Below, piece after piece: positions 47,571 to 57,388 of a DNA stretch of 64,000 bases (its first letter is position 1; the number at the start of each line of letters is the position of its first letter). The stretch spans positions 1-64,000 of the IMG/VR virus record IMGVR_UViG_3300021400_000484, one strand, 5' to 3'. Below the pieces are notes generated by a model, which ran no database searches, was not told the origin of the DNA, and worked only from the letters and a program-made list of their open reading frames with translations. The stretch comes from an uncultured virus (IMG/VR IMGVR_UViG_3300021400_000484) (Duplodnaviria > Heunggongvirae > Uroviricota > Caudoviricetes). A program made the position numbers and the translations under genes.

Positions 47571-50500
47571 ATGGCAAAAAGTAATGAAGAATCTTTTAAT
47601 AGTTTTGTAGCAGATCATCTTAGTTCTATTGATGATGACAAGCTTGCTAGAATAGCTGATGCGGTTGCTAGGTTTACAAGCAATTATAATAATTATGTAA
47701 AAACACAGCAGCAGGCAGAAAAAAAGAATGAAGTAGTAAAAGAAATAAAAGCAAGCGAAAAGAATAGAAAAGCTGATGCTGTAAAAAATGAAAATTATTT
47801 GAAGCGAATGGCTGAAAATTCAAATGTTCAGTCAAAGACGCTAACGAAAATATTAGAAGAATCTTTGGATTCAAAGTCCGCTCAAGAAACTTTACAAAAA
47901 ATCCAAGAAAGTGCTTTGTCTTCAAACAAGGCAATGAATCAGGATATTATAAAAGGTCTTAGTGAACTTGCTGCGTCGTCTGCCGAAAATGCAAAGACAT
48001 CTGACAAGTTATATAGCTTGACAGAGGATATGCAAAAAGAAAATGCTCAAGCCAGACTTCAAAGCCTGTTGAAAGATACAAAGAGATTTAGGCTTGAAAG
48101 TAATTATTGGAAAAGTCTAACTGGCAATATCAAAAAATTATCATCTGAATTTCATGATTTCAAAAACAATCCAAGTGCTTGGATGGCAGAAGCAATGGGC
48201 GATATGCTAGGAAAAGCGTTGGATAAGTCTATTGATGGCGTAAAAGAGACATTAAGTGCTGGTCTTAAATCAATAACAGATGGCCTTAGTGGTTTAAAAA
48301 ATAGCATTTTTGATATGATGGCAGACCAGAAAAAACGTGCGGAAGGTCTGGCTCAAGAATTTAATAGAAGCTATTTGGAAGCGTCTGGTGCTTTGGGAAA
48401 ATCAAATTTAGCTGTTTCAAGATTAGCACAAACTGGTGAACTTGATATATCGAGAACATCTAAAAACGTTGATACTATTACGTCAAAATTATTGAGGCGT
48501 TTTGGTGATGACTTAGCAGGGATGGAGCAAGACGTATATGAAAAGCATTTTAAAGCATATGCGCAGCTAATAAATGCAGGTGCTGCTGATAAGATTGATG
48601 AAATAGAAGAAATTGCTGGTGGTAATGAAAAGCTGATGGAGGAGATGATAAAAACAGAAACTCAGCTTGCGGGCATAAGAAGCAGACAAGATCTAAGAAT
48701 ACAAAAAGGAATGGATGCTGCGATAATGACAGCAGAAGAAGCTCATAAACTTGGGATGACTTATGAGCAATCCATTAGGGCTAATGAAAAGAATCAGATT
48801 TTTGTTGCTAAAGTATTGTCTTCAAATAAGGAATTGGGTGTTGAGGAAATAAAAGCATTTACAGCATTACAAAAAACATTGATGTCGCAGGATTTTGTGA
48901 CGAATATTTTGGATGATAAGAATGTAAATCTTAGTCAGCTTATTGGTCTTGATGCAAATCAGGTTAAAAAGATTTTGTCCAGTGGTTCTGATAAAGACCG
49001 TTTGGACTTTATGAATAGAGTTGTTCAGAGCGGTGCATATAACGAAATCCCAGCGTTAAAGCGTATGATGGAAGATTTGGGATTTGATGCACAATCTTTG
49101 AATGTATTGTCGAAACAAGGTGGATTAAAAATAGATGATGATTCTATAAAGAAGATAACAGATGCACAAAATAAAGATTTTTCAGAAATAAACGATGTCT
49201 TGCTTAGTTCTGGATCTAAAATAAATGAAGAAATTAGAACAAGGATTTCTATATTAAGCGCAGAAGGGATAAGAAATAAAGATAAATCTTTTACAAAAGC
49301 AGGTGAAATTCAACTTGAGGCTTTAAAGGAATTTAATACTTTAGAAAAAATAATAAGAGAAGAAAGCCTTGAAACTAAAGAACAAAAACAAAATGCTAAA
49401 GAACTATATAATTTGATAAAAGATTATTCTGATGGAAATCAAGAAGCAATAGAAAAGTTTAGTAATTTATCTGATAGTGATAAAGAACTTGCTGAGAAAA
49501 TATTGATTGCCTCAGACAAATCAGAAAAATTAGTTAAAGATCAGATTCAAATTTCGGAAACGTTATCAGATGCTCAAGATTTAGGATTAGACAAAGCATT
49601 GTCAGGCGGTGGACTGTCTGGTTTGTTTAGTGGATTGTTAGATGTAGGCTTAAAATCAGCATATTCGCCAGAATATCAAGAAAAGCTGTCATCTTTTATG
49701 GATAATATAAAGAAATCAATAGAGCCTGCCGTTAATGTATTTAAAGAATTATTGATAGATCCGATAATAGATTCATTAAAAAATAATATAGGAATGTTAT
49801 TAGGTGATATTCTTGTAGGCGTCAAAGGTATTTGGCGAAACATGACAAAATCAGAATATTCTGATGAAGAAAAAATATTGGATAAATATAGATTTGTTAG
49901 AGAAGGTTTTGGAGATATTTCAACAGATAGAAAGAAGATTGCATCAGGCGCTAGTGGCTTTTCAGATGAATATAAAAATGCAATTAAAAATATTGATAAA
50001 ATGTCTTTGAGTGACATTAGTAATTTAAAAGGTGTATCAGAGAAAGAAAGAGCAAAATTACAAATACATAAGGCCACTAACAGTGAAGTGATGAATACAG
50101 GTGGAAAAGTTGTAGGAATTGATGAAATAACAAAACTAGATTACATGGATAATAATACTCAAAGACAAATACAAAATCTTTTGAAGAAAAGCGATATAAC
50201 ATTAGTACAAAATTCAAAAGGTAAATATACAGATACAGTTGGCAATGCTTCTTTGAATGATTTAGTTACGTTAATAAATGAATCAGATGATTCAACAGGA
50301 AGAACAGCTTCTAAATTTTTAGGTCTTGATCCTGATGTCAATGAGTCTGAAATTTTTAAACTAATGGAAGCTTTGTATAAAAAAGGTTTTGGCAATCAAG
50401 TTGGTAATTTCTATGATTTATTTGGTGTTGACAAATCTTTTGTTTGGAATCCTAAAGACATGTTAGTTTTAGGAAGTTATTTCTTATTAAAGAAGAATCT

Positions 50501-51902
50501 TGATATTGGTGCAAGAAGATATCCAAATAATTATAATCTATTTAATTATGAGCTGTTTGATCATAACAAAGAAAGTAATTCTCATATTCTTATAAATAAT
50601 AAGCCTGTTGAATATGCAAATGGTGGTATTGTTGCGGCGACAGCGGGTGGTAAGCAAGTTACGGTTGGCGAGGCAGGTCACGATGAAATTATTTTGCCGA
50701 CAGACCCAGCAAAGCAGGCACGCGCACAGTACTTGTTGCAACAAGCACAAGAAAAATATGGTCTGTATGCAAACAACCCAGACGAAGCTTCTGCAAAGTT
50801 AAAAGAGCAAATGTCTGAGTTGCTATTTGATTTGCGTATTCTAATGATTCAACTTGATCCAATGCGTGACATAACAGCCATGCGAAGTGTCATGTCTGCG
50901 TTCGGTCTGTTAAAGAATGCAAGTGTCATTGCGAATCCTGATGCTGCCACTGATGCGAATCAGCCAGAAGAATTAATTGGTGAGGGCTTACCGAAATTAG
51001 GCGAACCAATAAAAGACGCAGCAAATCTTGGTTCTATTCGTGCTGCAATTATAAATGAGGCAAAGAAATATACGGGTACACCGTATGCTTTAGCGCCCGC
51101 AGGTCTGGTTTGCAATCAGTTGGTCAATGCGGCTTATGCGGGGGTTCTTGGTAAAAAGAACTATGCGGAGATGTTAAGAACGCTGGGATATGCACATGAT
51201 GAAATGCACACAATTTCTGGGTTTATTCCAGAGATAAGAAAAGGGTCTTCGGATAAGGTGCTGTTGGCAAGTTCAGTTGAGTATTCATCGCTGTCAAGCC
51301 TAGCGAAACCTGGTGACTTGGTTTTCTCATCGAATACAGGAAAAACGCCAAACGGTTTAAATCCAGACAATCATGGCCATGTTAATCTATTCATTGATAA
51401 AGACAGCAAAATTGATTCAACCTCAATGAAAATAAACGGTAAAGATGGCGTCGGCGTTCACAAGCCATATAAAGGCAAACATATGCTTATGAATCTTTTA
51501 GACAACATGCCTGAATCTTGGTATGTTGAAAAAGGTCTTTTGAAACCTGATTCGTCTAGCGAGCGAAATATAATTGGTTTAAACGCTGATGGTACGCCTA
51601 TATATGCTAACAATGCAAATATGTCATCATACGATCCAGCATTGCAGTCAACGCCAAATGCAAGTTATGTAAGCGATCAAGTCAACAGAGCAGATCAAGC
51701 TAAAATTGAAAAGGAACGCCGCAACGCAGAAAAGCAAAATAGAACAGCAGTTGAGCAAATAAGAGAGGTTATAAATAATCTTGGAATAAAGATGACACAC
51801 ATGGATATGCAAAGACAAATGAGTGTTAGTGTTCCGCCTGACAAGACATTCTGTACAAGTGGAATGAGTTCAAGTTCTGGTATGTGTTATAGCATCGGAT
51901 AA
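47571..51902 (+). CDS. Tape measure protein with C-terminal NlpC/P60 peptidoglycan hydrolase domain
   Basis: Long helical body; YANGGIV...VGEAGHDEIILP motif; AKKYTGTPY...VCNQLV...PGDLVF...HGHV. Confidence 0.85.
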   Translation: MAKSNEESFNSFVADHLSSIDDDKLARIADAVARFTSNYNNYVKTQQQAEKKNEVVKEIKASEKNRKADAVKNENYLKRMAENSNVQSKTLTKILEESLDSKSAQETLQKIQESALSSNKAMNQDIIKGLSELAASSAENAKTSDKLYSLTEDMQKENAQARLQSLLKDTKRFRLESNYWKSLTGNIKKLSSEFHDFKNNPSAWMAEAMGDMLGKALDKSIDGVKETLSAGLKSITDGLSGLKNSIFDMMADQKKRAEGLAQEFNRSYLEASGALGKSNLAVSRLAQTGELDISRTSKNVDTITSKLLRRFGDDLAGMEQDVYEKHFKAYAQLINAGAADKIDEIEEIAGGNEKLMEEMIKTETQLAGIRSRQDLRIQKGMDAAIMTAEEAHKLGMTYEQSIRANEKNQIFVAKVLSSNKELGVEEIKAFTALQKTLMSQDFVTNILDDKNVNLSQLIGLDANQVKKILSSGSDKDRLDFMNRVVQSGAYNEIPALKRMMEDLGFDAQSLNVLSKQGGLKIDDDSIKKITDAQNKDFSEINDVLLSSGSKINEEIRTRISILSAEGIRNKDKSFTKAGEIQLEALKEFNTLEKIIREESLETKEQKQNAKELYNLIKDYSDGNQEAIEKFSNLSDSDKELAEKILIASDKSEKLVKDQIQISETLSDAQDLGLDKALSGGGLSGLFSGLLDVGLKSAYSPEYQEKLSSFMDNIKKSIEPAVNVFKELLIDPIIDSLKNNIGMLLGDILVGVKGIWRNMTKSEYSDEEKILDKYRFVREGFGDISTDRKKIASGASGFSDEYKNAIKNIDKMSLSDISNLKGVSEKERAKLQIHKATNSEVMNTGGKVVGIDEITKLDYMDNNTQRQIQNLLKKSDITLVQNSKGKYTDTVGNASLNDLVTLINESDDSTGRTASKFLGLDPDVNESEIFKLMEALYKKGFGNQVGNFYDLFGVDKSFVWNPKDMLVLGSYFLLKKNLDIGARRYPNNYNLFNYELFDHNKESNSHILINNKPVEYANGGIVAATAGGKQVTVGEAGHDEIILPTDPAKQARAQYLLQQAQEKYGLYANNPDEASAKLKEQMSELLFDLRILMIQLDPMRDITAMRSVMSAFGLLKNASVIANPDAATDANQPEELIGEGLPKLGEPIKDAANLGSIRAAIINEAKKYTGTPYALAPAGLVCNQLVNAAYAGVLGKKNYAEMLRTLGYAHDEMHTISGFIPEIRKGSSDKVLLASSVEYSSLSSLAKPGDLVFSSNTGKTPNGLNPDNHGHVNLFIDKDSKIDSTSMKINGKDGVGVHKPYKGKHMLMNLLDNMPESWYVEKGLLKPDSSSERNIIGLNADGTPIYANNANMSSYDPALQSTPNASYVSDQVNRADQAKIEKERRNAEKQNRTAVEQIREVINNLGIKMTHMDMQRQMSVSVPPDKTFCTSGMSSSSGMCYSIG

Positions 51903-51923
51903 CTTAATTAAGGGAAATATACA

Positions 51924-52715
51924 ATGCGAATAATCGACTATGACAATGCAATGGAAGCTCGCTGGAGGGCTTATTATAAAAATTCTTACTTCGTTAATTC
52001 AGAAGAACACGCGCTTAATGAAGTAAGAAATCGAATTATTCAGGAAAATCCATCATTTGATCAAACAACTCAGTCTATATTTCCTGTTCTGACAATACGC
52101 AGAATTGGAATACCTGAGATGCTTGAGGATATGAATTTGCCAGCCGCAATAGATGGTCTTCGCTTCGGAAAACAAGAATGTCGTGTGCCATTCATTAAAT
52201 TTAAATTGCGTTATCAGGTAGATTTATATGCAACGTCAAGACAGAACTTTGACGAAATGGCTGTCGAAATACAAGAAAATCTCACGAGATTTCAGTTTAT
52301 GTGTATCATAACGAATGATCCTGTTTGGGGTGCGATGGATATTACAATAGATAAGGAAGGTGTCGAAGACAATAGTGATATAGACAGCAGAGAGGAATCA
52401 GTTAATATTTATCGTGCATCTTTTACATATACAATAGATGCTATTATATCTCGTAAATTTAGACATCTTAGTGTTAAAAAATTTGTCATAGAACTCGATG
52501 ACACAACACAAGATACTGGTGTCAGTGATGGTACAATAGTAGATGGATACCAAGCTACTCAAAACAATATACCCGTTCCAAGTAATCTGCCACAAATGGA
52601 AAATGCAAGTCTTGTTTATGATGAGGAAACAAAAACATATAAAGAAGTTTCATCTGAATATACAGACAAGCCATTAACATATTCAGCTTATGGTCGTGCA
52701 GAAAAAGATTATTAA
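51924..52715 (+). CDS. Putative tail completion/terminator protein
   Basis: FPVLTIRR, LRYQVDLYA, IYRASFTYTIDA; lies before the sheath genes. Confidence 0.6.
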   Translation: MRIIDYDNAMEARWRAYYKNSYFVNSEEHALNEVRNRIIQENPSFDQTTQSIFPVLTIRRIGIPEMLEDMNLPAAIDGLRFGKQECRVPFIKFKLRYQVDLYATSRQNFDEMAVEIQENLTRFQFMCIITNDPVWGAMDITIDKEGVEDNSDIDSREESVNIYRASFTYTIDAIISRKFRHLSVKKFVIELDDTTQDTGVSDGTIVDGYQATQNNIPVPSNLPQMENASLVYDEETKTYKEVSSEYTDKPLTYSAYGRAEKDY

Positions 52716-52821
52716 AAAACAAAAAAATCTATTTCGCGCATTTCTATCTAAACAAATAAGACTGTTTATAACTAACGAACGTTAGAATCTTTAGTCTTTT
52801 ATAATTATTTAGGAGTTAAAC

Positions 52822-53034
52822 ATGGCATACGTTATTTCTGTCAGACAGACCACACAAGTTCAGGTTGTTGAAAACGGCGAAACAAAAGCAATGACACTTT
52901 TACCGAACAAAAGATATGTAATCAACAATCCAAAAAGCAAACAGATTTTAGACATGAAAAAAGTTTCAATCATTAAGATGCGTCCAGCTTCTTCGAGAGA
53001 TGAAAGCTGTTGCGAGAATATTGACATTAAATAA
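52822..53034 (+). CDS. Small virion-associated hypothetical protein
   Basis: SD AGGAG; CTATCTAA upstream; precedes the sheath. Confidence 0.65.
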   Translation: MAYVISVRQTTQVQVVENGETKAMTLLPNKRYVINNPKSKQILDMKKVSIIKMRPASSRDESCCENIDIK

Positions 53035-53099
53035 TTATCTTAAAGACTAGGATTCGTTATTCTTAATCAATAAATATATTATATTTAGGGGTAATTATC

Positions 53100-54047
53100 A
53101 TGGCAATATATGAGCGAACACAAAGAGAATCAGCCCATGTCTTTTCTAGGGTGGTTGATAAATCGAAAGTCCCGTCTGCACTCAATTGGGCAGCGCTTGG
53201 ATGCGTCACAGCCTCTAAGGGTGAGCTGAATAAAGTCTATCAAATTAACACAACAGACTTGCTTGCTTCCACTTTCGGTGAGCCTACAACAGATCATATT
53301 GCACTTGTTTGCGCCGATAAAATCATCGCAGAAGATAACACCATGTTTATCATCCGCGTCGCCCACGAAAATTCACTTCGTGGCGCACAAGTCATCGTTT
53401 CAACTGATGATATTTATGGTGACAAAAAAGGCGAACTTATGGCTATTGGTATTGTTGATGGCAATGTAACGCCTGCTGATGATAGCAATGCGAAACAAGA
53501 TTTAGTCATTCATGTCGTTAATGATGATGATGACAAATCTCCATTGACAAATATTGTTAGCGATTTATCAATGGACATAGTTGACGATCCTATTAGGATG
53601 GAAAATTCATCTGTGACTGCGACTTATCGTGAAGTCTATCAGTTAGATGATAAAGGCAACAAATCTTATAGTGAAGAACTGTGTTTGTTGCTTTCAGATG
53701 TCGTAAGTCAAAAAGAGACAGCTATCATTGAAATTCGCAAGTCTGGTGAAGCAGATTCAGAACCACTTGAATCATCACAGTATGAGGCAAATTGGTTCTA
53801 TTCAGATGGATATGCAAAACGTTCTGTAATCGTTTTGAAACCATCATCAAATATTGTCGAAAATACCCCATGCGATATTATTTTTGAAATGGATCAAGTT
53901 TTACAGCGTGCTTATGGCACGGCATCACCAAACAAAGTCACTTTCCCAATCGCAATAAAAACGACTGATGAAGGCGGCGGCGGCGGCGGTGATGATGATT
54001 TTGGTTCTATTACGAGTCTTCCCTTTGAAATCGACGATGGCGAATGA
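53100..54047 (+). CDS. Tail sheath N-terminal part plus accessory domain
   Basis: SAHVFSRVVDKS...SKGELNKVYQINT..FGEP...MFIIRVA matches sheath N-termini. Confidence 0.75.
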   Translation: MAIYERTQRESAHVFSRVVDKSKVPSALNWAALGCVTASKGELNKVYQINTTDLLASTFGEPTTDHIALVCADKIIAEDNTMFIIRVAHENSLRGAQVIVSTDDIYGDKKGELMAIGIVDGNVTPADDSNAKQDLVIHVVNDDDDKSPLTNIVSDLSMDIVDDPIRMENSSVTATYREVYQLDDKGNKSYSEELCLLLSDVVSQKETAIIEIRKSGEADSEPLESSQYEANWFYSDGYAKRSVIVLKPSSNIVENTPCDIIFEMDQVLQRAYGTASPNKVTFPIAIKTTDEGGGGGGDDDFGSITSLPFEIDDGE

Positions 54048-54065
54048 ATCTAATTTGGAGGGAAT

Positions 54066-54491
54066 ATGGCTAGTAAGAATATAAAAGTAAAACTTACAAT
54101 GACCGATTTCGACAAAACGATAGCATCACAGCTCGGTATATCTAAAAATGATATAAAGACAAACATAGAAACAAGTGGTTTGTCATTAGTAAAATATATA
54201 ATGAAGCCAACTCAGTATAATATTTTAAATAATGATGAATCAGTTTTTATGATTGGTGCTGGCGATCCAAATTCTTTTGCGTTTATTACTCAAATAAATC
54301 AAATAACTCAGTTGTCTTGTGTAAAACAATTGGAAGATAAATCGTATTCTATTTTCGCTCATTTAGGCGTTGAATTTTTAAATGAAGATGATACGCCTTA
54401 TGAGATGCCAGATTCCGCTGATATTCTCTATGAAAGCGTACCAATCTATTTCGGTAATGTCGAAATCGTTCATAATGACGTTCAGATATAA
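54066..54491 (+). CDS. Hypothetical protein between the sheath halves
   Basis: 141-aa ORF with SD GGAGG. Confidence 0.7.
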   Translation: MASKNIKVKLTMTDFDKTIASQLGISKNDIKTNIETSGLSLVKYIMKPTQYNILNNDESVFMIGAGDPNSFAFITQINQITQLSCVKQLEDKSYSIFAHLGVEFLNEDDTPYEMPDSADILYESVPIYFGNVEIVHNDVQI

Positions 54492-54533
54492 AGTAACTCG
54501 TTAGACTACTTTTTATATAAAGAGGTAAAAACT

Positions 54534-57329
54534 ATGCTAGAATTAAACGATATTAAAAATGTTAAAGCTGGAATTGATATGTCTAATGTAAAGACTGTTT
54601 CACTTTCACACAGTGTTGTTAATACCAAGAGCCTTTCTTATCGACAGGCTGAAAGCGAAAGTGCTGCTAAAGCATTGTTGCCTAAGTATGTTGTTTATGT
54701 CGAGAATGATGGTTCTTCTCTGGAACATATTAAAACATCTGATACAAGTCCAGCAGGGAAAGTTGTTTTAACAAATAAGACTCAAGCTGATATTGAATCA
54801 GATTCTTTTAGTTGGGATGATGCAAATGATCTTATCGAGTTTGATACAGATGGCGTTACCATTAAAAACAATGGTGTCGTCGAAATTATAAAGCAGGAAG
54901 AAGTTGAAGTCGATGTCTTTAATGACAGTGAGAAAACTTTTGAGGAAGCAACAGGAAGTGCCACTTATGCAAGCATGATTGATCTTTCAACTAATTTTGC
55001 TGATATTGATACTGTTGCAATAAAGAATATACATGTTGTTGGTGATGATGATGGTACAGTTGTTGACGTGATTAATCAGAACTTTGAAGCGTCGCTCAAT
55101 CCTACGTCAATATCACTTTGTTTAAAGAAGTCAGAAGAAAATGTTTGGTCATTGTTAGAGAATGACGCACCTGTTTCTTCAGTGAATTTAACCACATTGC
55201 TCGTAGGGCCAACTTTCACATTAAATGTTGTTGACAATAAATTAAAAATTGAAGCATCTGAAACTATTCAATATTTAACAGCAACAGCTATTTGTGCAAC
55301 GATTAGTAAAGATACACAAACACAAGATCTTCCAAAACCTGATAAGATTGCTACAATGTCATTTGGTCAGGATGGTAAAAACAAATCACATACAGTCGCT
55401 CCAGCAACTATTACAAAAACAAATAAATTCGTCAACGGTCTTAAAATCGCTGTCAAATTTAATGTCGATGAAGTTGTTTTCGTTAATCTTGGAACATTAA
55501 AACCATCTGATGGAACTATCAAAGTTAATGATATTTTACTGTCTGATTATATCGACGAAAGTGAAGCCGAAAGCGAAAACACAAGACTGTTAAAGAAAAT
55601 TCAAGCACTCGGTGCAGAGGGAATCAATAATGTCCACTGCCTGACTGTAAATAAGACTGAAAAAGATTATCATGTTATCAATTGGGAAACAAGCGAAAGC
55701 GAATTAAAAGAATTGCATCCACAAGATGAGGAAGGCAACAACCTCGAAAATATCGTTGCTGGTTCTGTAATTCTTAGCACTTCCGCCGAAGATCCATACG
55801 ATGCAGAAAAAGGTCTTAACAATCAGGATGAGGGCGTTATCATTCTATCCGATCACCCAGTAAAAGAAGTTGTCGATGATGATGGTTTCGTACATCTTGT
55901 TCTCGATGAAACTGCTGTCACTTCTAATGGCGTTCTTAACCGTTTCCGCAGCGTTAGTTTTGACCTTAACGGCGAAACAGTTAAATGCTTTGAGAAAGAA
56001 GCATACTCAGTCGGTAAAGTGTTCTATAACACTGGTGTTGTTGAGCTTAATAATGCAGTCCCAGTTGTTGCAGGTTCTTCACCTGCTCTACACTGCAATG
56101 CAGAAGGCATGGACAATCTCAAGTTCAATATTAAGAACAAGGGTACTGATGGCAATAAATACTCGCTAAAGATTCTCAAAGACCATACAGAGAATAATGG
56201 CGATGTTATTTATAACGTCTCACTCATGCTCAACGGCACTGAACTTGACTCAATCGTTTGCTCATCAAATCCCGATGGCTCAATCATCGAAGGCACAGAT
56301 GCAAAAGGCAATATCGTTGACGTTGACGTACCGTTTATTGGCACTCTCGATCAAGATACATTCTCAGCCGCATTCACAAGCTATGATTTCGATGCACTCA
56401 AATCATTGCACGAAATGACTTATAATTTCGATGGCGGTACGGATGGTGTCGATGGCATTACTGCAAAAGATTACATCGGTTACAAAGATGAATCAGGTAC
56501 CGCTGGCGCTTGGTTGTTCGATGACGTTAAATATCCTGCACAGATGTGGCCATCACTCGGCTATACCGACAAAGAGTTCTACATGGCAGCACAGGATATT
56601 GCTTGGAATCGTAAAGACACAACTTGCGTCTGGGATATTCCAAAGGGATATTCAAAGAAAACTGCTATCGAATATCGTGAAGAAGAACCAATCCCATCAC
56701 AGTGGTGGACGGAACTTTACTACAATTGGTGCAATGATGTGTATAATGGCGCAATCGTTGAATTACCACCTTCATACTATGTGACTAAGAATTCGCTTGC
56801 ATCTTACAAGCTGAACGGAACTTGGTTCCCAGTCGCAGGCAAAGAACGTGGTACAATTGATGCCGCCTCCGTCATCAACCAAGTTCCTGCTAAATTAGAC
56901 CGCGATGAGTTCATTACTCACAACATCAATCCGATCTATGACACTGGTAATCAGGGTATTCAGATCTATGGAAACGAAACACTCAATGCTCAATACACAG
57001 ACCTTTCCGCAGCGCACATAGCTCGTACTTTGACTTATATTCGTTCAAAGGTCGATGCTTATACCGAAACACTTAAATTTGAACTCAATGATGTTATTCT
57101 TTGGAGAACGTGGATTGACTATGTAAAGAATAATATTCTGGATAGAATTAAGTCAGGTCGCGGACTTGCTTGGTATCGCGTTAGCATGGGTAATGACACA
57201 ACGACTGCCGCAGAATTAGCAAATCGTATAGTTCGTGGTATTGTAGAGCTTCAGTTCGTCCCAGATGCAGAAATCTTTAAGATTGATTATGTGGTTTATT
57301 CATCTGCGGCTGACAACTCCACGTTCTAA
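54534..57329 (+). CDS. Tail sheath C-terminal part with large N-terminal accessory region
   Basis: GGTDG, LPPS, WFPVAGKERG, DRDE...INPI, IYGNETL, FELND, PDAEIFKIDY. Confidence 0.9.
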   Translation: MLELNDIKNVKAGIDMSNVKTVSLSHSVVNTKSLSYRQAESESAAKALLPKYVVYVENDGSSLEHIKTSDTSPAGKVVLTNKTQADIESDSFSWDDANDLIEFDTDGVTIKNNGVVEIIKQEEVEVDVFNDSEKTFEEATGSATYASMIDLSTNFADIDTVAIKNIHVVGDDDGTVVDVINQNFEASLNPTSISLCLKKSEENVWSLLENDAPVSSVNLTTLLVGPTFTLNVVDNKLKIEASETIQYLTATAICATISKDTQTQDLPKPDKIATMSFGQDGKNKSHTVAPATITKTNKFVNGLKIAVKFNVDEVVFVNLGTLKPSDGTIKVNDILLSDYIDESEAESENTRLLKKIQALGAEGINNVHCLTVNKTEKDYHVINWETSESELKELHPQDEEGNNLENIVAGSVILSTSAEDPYDAEKGLNNQDEGVIILSDHPVKEVVDDDGFVHLVLDETAVTSNGVLNRFRSVSFDLNGETVKCFEKEAYSVGKVFYNTGVVELNNAVPVVAGSSPALHCNAEGMDNLKFNIKNKGTDGNKYSLKILKDHTENNGDVIYNVSLMLNGTELDSIVCSSNPDGSIIEGTDAKGNIVDVDVPFIGTLDQDTFSAAFTSYDFDALKSLHEMTYNFDGGTDGVDGITAKDYIGYKDESGTAGAWLFDDVKYPAQMWPSLGYTDKEFYMAAQDIAWNRKDTTCVWDIPKGYSKKTAIEYREEEPIPSQWWTELYYNWCNDVYNGAIVELPPSYYVTKNSLASYKLNGTWFPVAGKERGTIDAASVINQVPAKLDRDEFITHNINPIYDTGNQGIQIYGNETLNAQYTDLSAAHIARTLTYIRSKVDAYTETLKFELNDVILWRTWIDYVKNNILDRIKSGRGLAWYRVSMGNDTTTAAELANRIVRGIVELQFVPDAEIFKIDYVVYSSAADNSTF

Positions 57330-57388
57330 TTCTGTTAAATAAAACAAACTATAAATTTTATTTAACAAAACAACCAAAAGCCTCAAAA

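Noticed and set aside
54048..54533. Intron or intein explaining the split sheath
   Set aside because: Gaps are short with clear SD sequences; no group I/II or intein motifs, and the middle ORF is not nuclease-like.
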